Program-made: the position numbers and the translations under genes
NCBI GenBank assembly: GCA_023213395.1
Contig: CM041465.1
Coordinates: 19,592,001 to 19,656,000 of the forward strand
DNA from: Cycas panzhihuaensis
Taxonomy: Eukaryota; Plantae; Cycadophyta
Reading direction: 5' to 3'
Length of the DNA: 64,000 bases
Notes under the pieces: generated by a model
Seen by the model: the letters and a program-made list of their open reading frames with translations, nothing else
Told to the model about the DNA's origin: nothing
The model's database searches: none
Shown: piece by piece, positions 51,101 through 64,000 of the stretch
How the letters are laid out: the number at the start of each line of letters is the position of its first letter
Numbering within the stretch: the first letter of the stretch is position 1

Positions 51101-53376
51101 GTTTTTGGTAGTCAAACATTTGTGCATATTCCTGATAAAAAAAGGTCCAAACTAGATGCAAGAAGTATAGAATGTATTTTGATAGGCTACAGCAAAAATT
51201 CAAAAGCCTACAAATGCATAGATCCCAAAACTAACAGAATCTATGTAAGCAGAGATGTCGTATTTAATGAAGAAAATTCTATTGAATTCTCACAAATTAG
51301 AATAATAGAAGGTGAGAAGGAAATTGAACAGGAAGCTGTCAGACATGAAGAAACACATGAAGATGAACAAGAGAATAAGTCAGAGATTACCTCAGAAGAA
51401 GAAGGCGCGAGGAAGAAAATGATTCCGAAATCACTTCAGAAGAAAGACAAGCTGATCCATCATCAAGCGAAACTAGTCAAGTGTCAGAAGACTCCATAAA
51501 AAAGGAAGACTCACGAAAATAGAAAAAGTTGCCAAAATGGTATATTAAAACAATTGAAGAAGGGAAAAGTAATGTAATAGAATAGAAAACACGGGGACAA
51601 AGGTCAAGAGCTCTTCTAAGCAAAGTCGAATCTCAAAATTTTCAAGAAGCAAAAGATCGTCAAGAATGGAAAGTGGCAATGGACAATGAAATGAACTCAA
51701 TCAAGAAGAATCAGACGTGGGAATTGGTAGAACTACCTACTGATAAATCTACTGTAAGCCGCAAATGGGTTTACAAAATAAAAAGGGGAATGGGTGGTAA
51801 GATAGAAAAGTACAAAGCAAGGTTAGTTGCAAAAGGATACACACAAACAGCAGGTGTAGATTTTGATGAGACCTTCTCTCCAGTAGCAAAGATGAACACT
51901 ATAAGAACAGTAATAGCGTTGGTTGCAGCACAAAATTGGAAAATCTCCCAGCTAGATGTGAAAAGCACCTTCTTAAATGGTGAACTAGAAGAAGAAGTCT
52001 ACATGCAACAACCAGAAGGATACGCTGAACAAGGACAGGAAAATCTGGTCTGCAGATTAAAAAAGGCTCTGTATGCTCTAAAACAAACTCCATGAGCTTG
52101 GTATGCCAAATTAGATCATTTCCTTGAAGAAAATAAGTTCAATCGATGCAACTCCGACTCTAGTCTCTACATAAGGAAAACAAACAACAAGATAACAATA
52201 ATTGTTGTCTATGTTGATGATATGCTTCTTACTGGAAATGATGAAGGAGGAATTAGAGACATCAAAAATCAACTTCAACAGAAATTTGAAATGACAGACT
52301 TGGGTCCACTAAATTACTACCTAGGATTGGAGGTAGGTCAACATCAAAACTATATAACCTTGTCTCAAAGTAACTACATAAAAAATTTGCTTGTTTGATT
52401 TTAGATAGAAAACTGCAATCCATGCACAACGCCTAAGGAAACAAACTGTGACTTAACAGCAGATAGTACGGAAAAAGATGTAGATTGGAAGTCTGATTTA
52501 TTTGACAGCCACCAGGCCAGATATATCCTATTCAGTAGGACTAATATCCAAATACATGCAAAATCCAAAAATGAAACATTGGCAGGGTGCAAAAAGAGTT
52601 TTAAGATATCTTAAAGGAACATCAGATCTCAAGTTAGTATACTTAAAATGATACCCAATCGAAATATCAGGGTACTGCGACTCCAACTAGGCTGGAGACA
52701 AAGAACAGAGGAAATCCACCAGTGGATATTGTTTTTTCTTAGGGTCTTCAGCAATCTCCTAGTGTAGTAAGAAACAGGCTACAATTGCTCTCTCTTCTAC
52801 AGAAGTGGAATACAAAGCAGCTACGTTAGCAACCTGTAAAGCTATCTGGTTAAGACAACTTCTGCTTGACTTGGATCAACAGCAAAAAGAGGCAACCTCC
52901 TTGAAATGTGACAATCAAAGTGCCATCAAGCTAACCAAAAATCTAATTCTACATGCAAGAACAAAGCATATTGAAGTTCATCATCATTTCATAAGAGAAA
53001 AAGTACATAATAAAGAAATTGACTTGGAATGTTGTCCCACAGCCGAACAGGTTGTAGATCTTCTAACAAAGCCTCTTGGAAGAGAAAGGCCTAAATATTT
53101 AAGAGACAAAATAAGATTGTTAGAGATAAAACATTAAGAGGGGGTGTTGATATGTAATGTTTTATCTAAGTAAGAAAGGGGGTCATGTTAGGACCACCCT
53201 CAAATGTAACTCTAATGTAAGATTGTGCCACTTGGCAGTCTCAGGCTGATCGGTTACCTTGGAGGTTGTAATGGTCACATTGTTGATGTATATTTAAGGA
53301 GATTAAATCTCAATAAAACATATACTTTTCTCTTCTCTGTTTAAAGCATATTCTATCTTTGCTCTGTTTTTCAACA
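48143..53376 (+). mobile_element. Full-length Ty1/copia LTR retrotransposon D (Ivana/Oryco-like), youngest LTR element here
   Basis: 232-bp LTRs at 48143-48374 and 53145-53376 (6 mismatches counted by eye). TSD ATGAT at 48138-48142 and 53377-53381. Perfect PBS TGGTATCAGAGC at 48375-48386. PPT AAGAGGGGG at 53136-53144. Confidence 0.98.
49036..53137 (+). pseudogene. copia D gag-pol with premature stops/frameshifts
   Basis: MSSTLISLLEPEKLIGSNYHV*K gag start; CCHC knuckles; WYIDSGASKHM; WHLRYGH; IRSDGGGEY; YKARLVAKGY; VYVDDML; CDNQSAI...RTKHIEVHHHFIRE. Confidence 0.95.
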
Positions 53377-56300
53377 ATGATTGATTGAGGAAGTGTTTAA
53401 TGTTGAAAAATAGTTTTAGTCTATGGTCAATCCATGATTATTGTAGTAGTTATCTCTCAAATGTTGTACATACATATATCAAAGATGTGTATATTTATGT
53501 AGATATTAATCTATGAGCATTATCAAAATGTATTTTTAGAGTTTATAAATTCATATATTCACTATAGATTATTTAAAAGGTTCTCTAATATCATTACACT
53601 TCAATCAAGTGAACTATACCTATAAATATGTATTTTTTTACAATACAATAACAACGATGATCATATCTACCAACACTTATTGTCTTATGTAATAATACAT
53701 ATTTTATTTTTATGTATTATATATTTTATGTTTTATTTATATTTTATTTTATATTTGTGAATTGTAATATTAAACTTAATCATAATTTGTAATATAATTT
53801 TCAAACAATACTAGTGCATTTTCTAACATAGTATCAAAGTTGATGATTAAAGCATCAAAGCTCATGGTTGAATATTTAGAGTTGATAATTGAATCATGGG
53901 AGTTTACAGTTTAATTGTTGGAGACCATGGCTTGTATCTCACAAATGCAACAATTGTGTTTGTTTAGAGGTGTTTTGATATAACTTAATTTGCGAAAGTT
54001 ATGCCTAATATGTTAAATGGTGATGAATAGGGACAAATTGCGTATATGTTATGATACCGAGATTTCAATTTACAGTGAGATTTTTGTGAAGTTAATTTAG
54101 TGAACAAATGTTTTTGCATGTGGTGCACCTAGATATGTAACATGTGAGGATTTGAATGATGAGTCCACATCTCAAATATTTTCAATATTTTTAGTACTTT
54201 TTTTACTTTCTTATAGGGTGTTAAGCTAGTGATAGATATGAAATAAAGTCACAATGACCTATGAGTTGACCATTTCAATTAAGAAGTGAATGCTATTGTG
54301 ACTTATAAAATAAGTGTTGCTGGATCATGAATGCATCCTTGATCACCCTATTATAGAGATGGATGGTGGGCTGTTGTCGGTTGTATAAAGTCCACATAAC
54401 AAACTCAAGGATGTTCACAAGAGAAGTTGTTGAAATGATTTAACACTTTGAGACATTTGAATGATTATTAGATGCATAATATGGCAGTTGAAGTAGGGTA
54501 GTTTGCAAATGGATGTTGGTAAGTCCATGAATGCCCATAAAATTTGGTAACACGTTGTACTTAATATTATGCTTGCAAAGTGATGTTTTTGACATACATT
54601 TCTTGAGCTAAATGCTTAAGAAAGGCTTATGAGAAGTAAAGGTGGTTCCTTAGTAACTAGTGGCATCTTTACACGTGATGCCATAATTGCATGTTGGTGG
54701 GTGTTTTACATGTGAGCATAAAGGTAGCATGGCATTTCGTTATTGAGAGAGCTCCATGGAACAATGCTTAGATGATGAGAACAACAATTGTGTATCAATT
54801 GTGGGCAATGTAAAAGGTTGTGACTCAAAAATGGAGAAGTGGTGGTTTGAGGGGACACTCAAATGTAGAGAAGTATGAAATAAATTTGTCCCAGATCTTC
54901 CTCCTTTCACTTTCTAGAGTTTGCAAGGCCTTAGGTATGCATAGATGCAATGCATGCAAGCCCAAACATGTAAAGTTAATAATTGGAAACCATACATGCA
55001 AATAACATTTGACTTTTTAATGATTTTTTTTCTAGTATTTTAATATCATTTAACTTGATTGGAAAAATATTTGAAATGGTGAAATGTAGTGATCATGAGT
55101 TAAAATCGAAGGGGTGAAACTATTAAAATAAAATGACACTTTCTTGTACTTTTATGTAATTATAAATTATGACTTAATGTTGTACTCCTAGTCGAAGGTC
55201 ATCACCCCACCTTTACTTCATAACCATCCAATGAGATGCATGTAATATGAAGCCCAATCAAATATGAGCATGTGAGGTTCAATACACATTCATCATTTGT
55301 AAAGTATGAGACACCAAGTCCTCTATAAATTGAAGCTATGTTTACACCCATTATAATGATCTTTGATGAAAGTCTAAACTCTATCAAAATTTTGTATCAG
55401 ACATCAACATCTGTCATTATTTTGAGTTAAAACCAATTTCTAATCGTTTTTATATTGTGTTCATTTAAATATGTGCAATGATATATTTTGATGAGTTTAT
55501 ATAGGTTACAAGAAATTTAAAATCATGTTATATGTTTTCTAATAATTAGATTAACTCTAATTCTGTCAATTGGTATCAGAGTGAGTTCTCTTATATACAT
55601 TTTCTTAATGTAATTTTTTTTTTTTTCCTTTTAAAAAACCAGTTGAAGCTCCATAAACGTAATCCTATGGGATCCTATTCCATATGTATGCCAATCCTGT
55701 TCGAAATCGTTTGTCTTTGTTCATCTCCACGATTGAGCCTATTTCTATTTTCGACTTACTACTTGTGATTGCATAAATGCACCTGCATGGGTGTGAAGGC
55801 AAATTGTAGAGAGGAGCTAAATCTGTGAGGAGTTGTTTGAAGAAGCTTCTCACATGTTGATTACATGCAATATATTATACATTACGTAAGAGGAGACAAA
55901 TTTGGTTGTAGCCATGTTGGAGGATATCTCGCATAGCCTCCATAACTAAGTTGCCCTGGTTTCAACCTGCGACCAGCTCATTGTAGCCATTGCTATGATC
56001 GTGAATGTTATAAAACCCTTGCGTGATTCGATCCATCCACCCATTTGAGATCGCACCTACGATGGCCTCCTGTGCTCATCTATGTTTATTCCCTATGTCG
56101 TTTAGTCTGGGTCGTGAGGTCGTAATTCCAATTGTCGTGGAGTGCACAACCGTGGTAAAGAAACTACGTTGCACCTTGCTAATTTTTGCCGGTCGTGTTT
56201 AATGAAATTAACCACAACCTCATCACACCCGCTGGATCTGAGCTTGCTCAAGCAAGGTTGATGAATTCAACGCTAGTTAGATTAGTTAAATTCAAATTCG

Positions 56301-58199
56301 ATTTATTTTTTACCTTATCTTCATCTAGTTTATCGCCTTACTTACACAGAGTTAGTATTTTTCAACATTAGAGTAAAAGTTTTACAAAAGTTATATTAAA
56401 TTTAATTATATTGAAACTTTGTGGAGCCTATTTTCTTTTAATGGGTGGTCACGTGCTTCCAACAAATGACTAAGGGCTAATCAGTTAAGGGGGTTAAAAG
56501 GCTACCCTAATTCAAATTTTCATCTATAAGGAGGTCATCACATAATTTTACTTATATCTTCTCAACTAGGTGTCAGTTTTTTGAAACATCTAAATCATCA
56601 AAATCCTAACTCAGAGTTCTACAACTTGGATTCTCATTTCACTAATTTTGGATATATTTCAGGCTACATAAATTATCTTCTTTTACCCCATCTTATTTGC
56701 TTTATTTAAGCTATCTTTTCATTAATTGAAGGCTTTAAATATATTTTGAAAGGGGATTTTTTAACTATTAACATTTTTTTCATCACTTGAGAAGCACGTT
56801 TTACTCATTTTTTAAGCTAACATATGTAGTGCTCTGTGCTTGTAGATGCTTTTCTTATTTGAGGAAGGTTACTTTTTCACCTTTTAACAGTGGTCCCTTC
56901 CTTATTAACCACTCTAAACTATTTCTTTGTATTTTTATATTTATTTGCTACATATTTATTTATGTCTTTAGTTTTTAAAATCATTAAAATTTATATTTCT
57001 CTCATTAAATAAGACTACTTTAAAAAGAAATTTAAACTCGAAACATTAAACAAGATAATTTCTGAATTGAATTACTAAACTACCAATCCTATAAGGAGAA
57101 TAATTAGGACCTCTAAAGTTAATCACTCACGTACACGTAAGTTGCATTTATTTGAACAAGTAGACTAGGGAACAACTTGCTATAAGGTGTATTAAGCGAC
57201 AGATTGAGGTGTAAACCCTTCCTTTCATATTCAAAGACTAGGCTAGACCTAAAGATAGTGAGCGCTTTGGTTTTAGCCTTTCGCTAGATCTGTCATTTAG
57301 CTGAAACTTAGCACAGGTGCATAAACATTGTCAAAGGTGTAACTAAGCATTCTATGCTTATGTATCAATGTATATCAAGCTTAACTTACTCACATATTGA
57401 TATATATATAGAGTTCATAAGCTGCCATCTGTAGGTAGGTTTTACTAAATAGAATAGCAACCGGGGGTTTTCTTTAAGACATTAAAACTTTAGAACTTTA
57501 AATTAATAACTCATTAGGTAGGTAATACACAATGGTAGCTCAAATGTTGATTTTAAACATAATTAAATTATCAGGGAGCAATAATTTTTTGGCTTGGAAA
57601 AAACAAGTCAAACATCTCTTAATCATGAATGATTTTTGGTGGGATGGCAAATGAAGGACGAAGGCGACTAAAACGGATCAAGTAGGATGGTGGCTAGGGT
57701 TGCATCTCATGCCCTTGGTGAGACTTGGGGCCTTCTTAGGCGACTGTTAAGTGAGGGCTAGGCCCCAAGAGGCTTTGTTATTCATGGGTACATCGCTTTG
57801 AAGTCTGTAGGGAGCCAGAAGGAAGGTTTGATGAGAGACGTAGCCAAGGGAGAGTTGTAGCAGGAATCTCTATCGTGTTGATAGGCGTGGGAGAGAGGAG
57901 CATCGTTATCTACTCATATCCGGAGGGGAGGAGAGATGAGGCTTCACTACCTAAGACACAAAGGAAGCCAGAATATAGAAGACCCTTAAGACTTAGATCA
58001 GATATTACTCTATGAAGGAAAGGATGTGTATGCAGTTCACCGGTTACCCGTTCTATTCAGGATGAGGACTGTGTTTATGTTCAGATGAAAGTTCTTTGTG
58101 TGCTTTATTTAATTTATGGAGGAATCAAAGTGTAACTAGATCATAGAGCCCCTTAATTAGCCCAAACAAATAATAAACCCTAACCAAATCTATTCTTCC

Positions 58200-59480
58200 C
58201 TCATAGGGAAATCGTACCTTAAAGTGTTATGAAATGATGAAGTAGAGAGTTTTGACATAAACTCCATTATAGGAGAGGACCATATCAGAATTCCTGTTCT
58301 TAAAAGATTATTAAACCGGATGGAAAAATACTGGGGAATCAACCTAGTGGGATGTTTCTCAGGCTTTAGGCTAGGAGTTGACCCTATTAGGAAATGGGTA
58401 AGCTAGTGTTGGAACCTAAAAGGCCTAATAGAGGTTATCGCACTCCCTAAAGGGTGCATTCTTTTCAAGTTTTCGTTCCAAGAAGATATGTTTAATGTCT
58501 TGTTAAAATCACCTTGAATGATAGGGAAGAAAGCAGTGCTCATGGACATATGGCACCTAGATTTTGACCTAGCTGAGGGTTCCATCAAGGAAATTCCCCT
58601 TTGGGTTCAACTACTAGGCTTTCTACTTCAAGCCTAGGACCTGGATGTAATTAAAGGGATAACAAAGGTAATTGGACCCCTCCTGGGTGGACTCTGCTAC
58701 AAAGAATAAGAGTAGATTAGTCAACACCAGGTTTTGTGTTCTAACTAGAACAGATAAACCTCTCCCTGACTAGGTAATAATTGATGGATTTGGATGGAAT
58801 AAAGAATAGAAGTTACTGCATGAGCTTGAAAACATGAGATGCCTAAAATGTAAATGCTTGGGTCATCTACCTCATAGCCACCCAGGAGTACCAACATCAA
58901 TCCCTCTGACATCCTGTGATGAGAAGGCTGATATAAAGGAAAATGAGGAACTAGCTGGCCCAAACGAAGGTTTGGAGGAGATTAAAGGAAATGAGAATGC
59001 TCAAACACAAGATGGACAGGAACCTAACTTGTTAGAGGATGGGTGGAATCCAAATCCAACAAAGGTAGGCCAGGGCCTGAATTTGGAAGATGAAGATACT
59101 CTTAAAGAAGATGAGGCTAAATTGAGGGCTATTCCAGATCCCTCATAGATACATGTTAAAGAAATTCACCCTGAAAATATAAGCAAGGAGGCTATGGATT
59201 TGAAAGAAGCATCTCAAAGGGAAGAAGATCTCTCCCTAGAGAGATAGGAGGATTAGAGGAAATTTGAGAAGGTTTGGAAGATTAGAGGTGTAGAGACTCA
59301 AGAATCTAAAGAACTAGACTACTTTAAGGGGCCCAACTTTGGTAATGATAAAAGGCCTGGGAGGCCTTCATCAAAGGTATTGCAAGAAAGGGAGGCAACG
59401 CTTTAGATAGATTAAGGGACACAATGAACCCTAAGAGATGGAGGAGGAGGGTAGGGGCCCAAAACCAAAAGCAAGAGATG
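58200..59480 (+). pseudogene. LINE ORF1 remnant (DUF4283/RRM-like + zinc knuckle)
   Basis: LVGCFSGFR..WVS*CWNLKGLIEVIALPKGCILFKF..; IPLWVQL; CLKCKCLGH knuckle at about 58840. Start uncertain. Confidence 0.75.
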
Positions 59481-59513
59481 ATGTGGTATGCGGAGGAAAG
59501 GGGGGGAGTTAAC

Positions 59514-62500
59514 ATGAAACTTGCCTCCTGGAATATATGAGGTATAAATGCTCCATCAAAATATATAATGGTAAAAGATCTGTGAGGCCACATAGGGTTG
59601 GATATTCTTCTACTCCAAGAGACCAAATTGGAAGTTGAGAATAAAGCCAATATCAAGAATAGAGTGTGGAAAGGAGTCGAGTGGATTACCTCAGATGAGA
59701 GAAAGGGTTCGAGTGGTTTAGCCACTATATAGAACCCCAGAGGTTGGGAAGGAGAGGTTGCCCCATTGAGGCTCACTTTATATCTAGTTGGCTGACATGT
59801 AGGAAATCTAATATTAAATGGTTAGTCACAAACGTCTATGCCCCATTAATGTAGGAGGGGAGGAAGCGATTATGGGATAGGTTGGTGGAGGCTCATAAGG
59901 AGTGGAAGGAACCTTGGTTGATTGCTAGTGATTTCAACTCAACCTTATCCCTTGAAGAAAAGAAGGGTGGTCAGACTGGGTGGACAAAGCGTATGGATGA
60001 CCTCGGTGAATTTATGCAGAAGGGGGGCTTATTAGATATCCCCCTTAGAGGAACTAAGTTCACCTGGTCAAACAGAAGATTAGATGTTAATCATATCTAG
60101 GTTAGACTAGATAGTGTAATGGTTAATTATGCTTGGACAAGCCAACATAGTAACATCAGCTTGGAAGCCTTGCCAAAGGCAGTTTCAGACCATTCCCTCT
60201 TAGTGTTAGGATTTGATAAAAATAAGGGTTATATGGGCACCCCTTTCTTCTTTGAGTTGATGTGGACTAAGGACCCATGCTTATGTGACTTGATCACAAA
60301 ATGGTGGAAGATCCCTGTTTAAGGATGCATGATGCTTAGATTTTCAAAAAAAATCGAACTGGGTGAAGTGTTAGATAAAAGAGTAGAATGAGACTTCCCA
60401 TGGGAATATTTTTAACACTAAGAACCAGATATTGGAGGAGTTAAAGGATCTAGAGGAGCAAATCCAAGAGCAAGGTAGGTCTCTGATTTTAGACCAGAAT
60501 GAAAGAAGCCTTATTACCAAGCTAGAGGGGGGTTTGGCAAAGGAGGAAATCTTTTGGAAGTAAAAGTCAAGGGCTCTATGGCTTACCGATGGAGACAAAA
60601 ATATGAAATTCTTCCATATGATAAATTTAAAACATAGATCTAGCAATCAAATTAAGACCTTGATCAATAGGAAGGGCGAAGAGATCTCAGACTAGAAAGC
60701 CATTAAGGATGTTGCAATGGAGTATTTCAAGGAGATTCTTAATGAACCATGCTGTGTGAACAAGGAAGCCAGGAGGGAGTTACTAGCCTTTATTCCTAAG
60801 AAGGTAGGAAACAACATGAATAGAGCTTTAGAGGCCTCTTTCTCAATGGAAGAGATGAGGAAAGAAATTTTTGGGATGAAGAGAGAGAACTTGGACCAGA
60901 TGAATTCCTCCCTAACTTTTATTAGGATCATTGGGACATCATTAAAGATGACCTTCTTAAAGTTATGAAGGAATTTTCTAAGAACGACAAGATCCATGGT
61001 GAATGACATGCCACTTTCTTGGGCTTAATCCCAAAGAAAGGTGATGCAAAGAGAATGGAGGATTTTAGGCCTATCAACTTAGGTAATGTAAAGTACAAAA
61101 TCTTAGCTAAGATTCTAGCTAACAAGTTAAAGGAAATTCTCCCTACAATTATAGGCCCAAGTCAGGATGGGTTTGTAAAGGGGAAATAGACTTTGGATGG
61201 CATCATTATGGTCCACAAAATGATCATTCGACTTCTCAGAGAAAGGAGGCTAGCATGATTGTTAAAATTGATCTCTCCAAGGCTTACAATAGGGTCTTGT
61301 GGAGCTGCTTGATTGAATGCACCAGAGCCTTTGGCTTCAGTGACCATTAGAGGAAATGGATTGAGAGTTGTATCTCTAAGCCAAGCTTCTCTGTAATGGT
61401 CAACAACACTTCTTCCGCCTTCTTCCTTGGTTATAGAGGTTTGAGACAAGGGGACCCCCTTGCCCCTTACCTATTCATCATCATGGCTGAACTAATAAGC
61501 ATATGCATGGAGGAGGCGAAGAGAACTAGGAGGATCATGGGCTTAAGGCCTACCTTGGGGGTGGACAACATTGTTCACTGTCACTTTATGGATGATAATA
61601 TTGTGCTGGGCAGGGCAGCCATAAAGGAAGTTAGAGCTATAAAAATGGAATTGGATAGAATCAAGGCAGTAATGAACTAGAAGGTAAATCTATACAAGAG
61701 AAATATCTATTTTTTAAATACCTTGGAGAGGACTCAAAGAGTCGTTAGTAGGATCTTGGAAATGCCCATTAGGACGCTCCCTACTTTGTATCTTGGGATG
61801 CCTCTATTTGTAGGAAGAATTGGATAAGGGCCTCCAGAACTCAATTATTAGTCAGGTTCAAAGGAAGCTAGTTAGTTGGAAAGGGGCCTTATTAAGCCAG
61901 GATGGAAAACTTCAACTATTAGTGGCTTCCCTCTAGAGCATACCCACATATATGTTGTCCTTGTTTAGGTGCCTGGGGAAGGTCATAAATGCCCTCGAGG
62001 CTATTCAGAAAAGGTTTTCATGGTATGAGATTGAAGATAGGGAGAGAATCTATCTTGTGTCTTGGGAGAAAGTCTACCTCCCCAAATGGGTAGGGGGCTT
62101 GAACATAAAGAACATAGCTTGCTTCAATAGAGCCTTAGTTGCCAAATTGGGTTGGAGTCTGGCAATTAAGGAGGAGAGGTCCTAGTGTATGATTATTGCA
62201 TAGAAATATCTTAGGGACAATCAATACTTGAAGCATAGTACCCCTAGTAAGTAGGGCTATGTGATTTGGAGGAGCCTAGTTTATGGGGGGAAAATGTTGG
62301 CATTAGGGGCTTAGTGGTTTTTAGGGGATGGGAAGACAATTGATTTTTGGGAGGATATTTGGTGCGACCATACCCAACTGAATAAGAGACCCGCTCTAGT
62401 GCTTATCCAGGCTATGTGTGAAAGGCTTTTCAGTAAAAAAGTGAAGGGTTATTGGGAGGATCAAGAGGATGGGAAGAAATGGAAATATTTTGAAGAAATT

Positions 62501-63724
62501 CCCCTTGACTGTGTCAGAGAGTAGTAAATTATAATCCTCATTAATGAGATAGAGAAAGTGTACATCCCCAAATTCCCTAAAAATATCTCTTTGATTTGGT
62601 CCTCATCCTCCTTTGGGAGCTATATGGTCAAGTCTAGATATCTATTTTTGATCTTTGAGAAAGGATTAAATGAAAACAAGATGCTCGGTGGAGTTTGGAA
62701 GATGGGGTTAATACCTAAGGTAGCTATCTTTTGGTGGCTCTTCCTTAAGAATAAGACCCTTACCTTAGATAATTTAAGGAAAAGAGGCTTCTCGATGGAA
62801 AATAGATGTATCTTATGTGCTTAGGAAGAGGAGTCTATTGATCACATTTTTTTGCATTGCATCTATACTAGGGAGGTGTGGTCGAAGCTGTGGAGCCCTT
62901 TTAGAGTAATTTGGGTTCCATCTAGGACCATGAAGAATTTAGTTGATGCTTAGGTAAGCCCCTTTAAGAGCAAGACTTTGAGTTCCTTATGGATAACTTC
63001 CTTACCCATGATGCTATGGAATATATAGAAAGAAAGGAATAAGTGTATCTTTCAAGATATAAAAATAAATGAATTAAAATTATTTGGGATCATCATTACT
63101 GCCGTGAAAGAGACCTTCAAAGAGAAGGATGAGTGCTCCATCCCTTTGCTGGAAAGGAAGACCTTAAAAAACTAGGGTTATGAGAACCTCAAATTAAAGT
63201 TAGAGACAAGGAGGTAGGGAGTTTAGTGTCATCCTTCAGAGGGTTGGGTTAAAGCTAACTTCAATGAGGCATCTAAAGGTAACCCCGGAGAGGTTGGGAG
63301 GGGGGGGGGTGGCCTATGTAGAGATAGAGAAGGCAAGGTACTCTAGGGTTTTACTAATTATTATGGTATTTAAATGAATCACAGGGCTGCGATTGTAGCA
63401 ATATGTAGAACTATGGATTTGGTATCCAAGGAGGGACTCCCGGGGGTTATTGTAGAAGGGGACTCCCTAAATGTGATAAAACTGGTTAGAGGAGAAGCAA
63501 AGGCAGATTGGAAGCATAGAGCTATGATCAATGTTACAAAGATGCTTCTTCAAAAGTGTAAAAATGTCTGGGTGAATCACATTTATAGGAAAAGAAATGA
63601 GGTAGTTAACTGGCTAGTTAACATGGGGGTGCAACTTAGGAGGAATGTGGTGTGGAGGGATGACCTCTCTGAGGAGATTTTTGATCAAGTTAGGAAAGAT
63701 ATGAGGGGCATAAGCTCCAGTTGA
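59514..63724 (+). pseudogene. LINE ORF2 remnant (APE endonuclease - RT - zf-RVT - RNase H)
   Basis: MKLASWNI, LLQETK, ASDFN, SDHS (APE); DFRPI, RGLRQGDPLAPYLF, HFMDD (RT); NRCILC..EESIDHIFLHC (zf-RVT); KANFNEASKGNPG, VEGDSLNVI, HIYRKRNEVVNWL (RNase H). Confidence 0.93.
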
Positions 63725-63938
63725 GTCAGTTATGATAGGTGGGGTCCTTTTGAGTAGCTAGGTCATGGGCTTATCATAATAGACTTTTGTAACTAAACTG
63801 GCAGATCTTGTATAGGGGTTGGGGCCCCCTTCTAATCCTCTCATTTATTTAAACCAAATCGAAAAAGAAAAAAGAATGAATTTTGGTCTTATATATCTAA
63901 AGACATATCTAAACCAACTCCTGTATGTGACCCAAACA

Positions 63939-64000
63939 TGTTGGATATTGTGACAACAATTATGGGGCTAAAATTTTGGCATGTTTTCGGCACGGTTTTC
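63939..64000 (+). mobile_element. Start of another LTR of the copia A family (runs off window)
   Basis: tgttggatattgtgacaacaat..ggctaaaattttggca..cggttttc matches the reverse complement of the copia A LTR terminus (tgttaggcaatgtgacaacaat..ggctaaaattttgaca..cggttttc). Confidence 0.8.

Larger units (their letters stand above)
46550..53700 (-). mobile_element. Very old gypsy (chromovirus-type) RNaseH-integrase remnant, split by copia D
   Basis: 46646-46855 KIALKFCRAYQV..VTYSLNL..IHDSFYISYLK is a decayed KLxPKFYGPYxV..AYxLxL..IHxVFHVSxLK. KWEDISMNFV occurs at about 47580-47610. An IDH-type RNase H trace lies just beyond 53382. Boundaries approximate. Confidence 0.6.
57641..63873 (+). mobile_element. 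Full-length L1-clade LINE retrotransposon, decayed
   Basis: 14-bp TSD GAATGA(T/A)TTTTGGT at 57627-57640 and 63874-63887. A-rich tail at 63862-63873. ORF1 and ORF2 remnants present. Confidence 0.95.
55178..63938 (+). mobile_element. 5' part of copia element E (LTR, PBS, long leader, gag N-terminus) interrupted by a LINE and a second LTR
   Basis: ...TGTCA-AT-TGGTATCAGAG (PBS 55571-55581), with a TATA-like CTATAAAT at about 55323. gag from ATG 57532: MVAQMLILNIIKLSGSNNFLAWKKQVKHLLIMNDFW|SYISKDISKPTP, rejoined across the LINE. The LTR start and the PBS-gag linkage are inferred. Confidence 0.6.

Noticed and set aside
13359-53381. Similar TSDs (ATAAT, ATAAG, AATAA, ATGAT) suggesting a shared target motif
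   Set aside because: Only four sites in very AT-rich DNA; consistent with chance.
53800-55100. Weak ~21-bp periodicity and a short inverted repeat TGGCATC..GATGCCA (54661-54683)
   Set aside because: No boundaries or coding motif; probably an unclassifiable old repeat.
59324-61449. Antisense ORFs within the LINE (and similar ones within the copia elements)
   Set aside because: Shadow frames of TE coding sequence with no independent motifs.

Overview
AT-rich plant nuclear DNA, probably from a large-genome seed plant; a gymnosperm or early-diverging lineage is my inference. It holds one intact host gene in a nest of decayed retrotransposons. The gene is a two-exon bHLH transcription factor of the bHLH30/bHLH32 (TMO5/T5L, subfamily Vb) type on the + strand: CDS about 42606-43097 plus 44083-44556, ~321 aa, with a C-terminal ACT-like domain. 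Four LTR retrotransposons can be delimited by LTR pair, PBS, PPT and matching 5-bp TSD. They are a Tnt1/Tork-like copia (13364-18752, -), a copia carrying a 5-kb internal tandem duplication (20756-31891, -), a chromodomain gypsy (34232-40797, -) and a younger copia (48143-53376, +). A full-length L1 LINE with a 14-bp TSD (57641-63873, +) sits inside the gag of a fifth copia, which is hit again by another LTR at 63939. Older Tat/Ogre-like and chromovirus remnants fill much of the rest. All TE reading frames are broken. I found no convincing new multi-gene system. The most unusual signals are: (i) a ~170-bp patchwork insertion in one LTR built from inverted copies of the element's own sequence; (ii) a uORF/tandem-acceptor arrangement and a two-clade motif mosaic in the bHLH gene; (iii) a near-perfect 5-kb duplication that may be an assembly artefact. 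All alignments and counts were done by eye.
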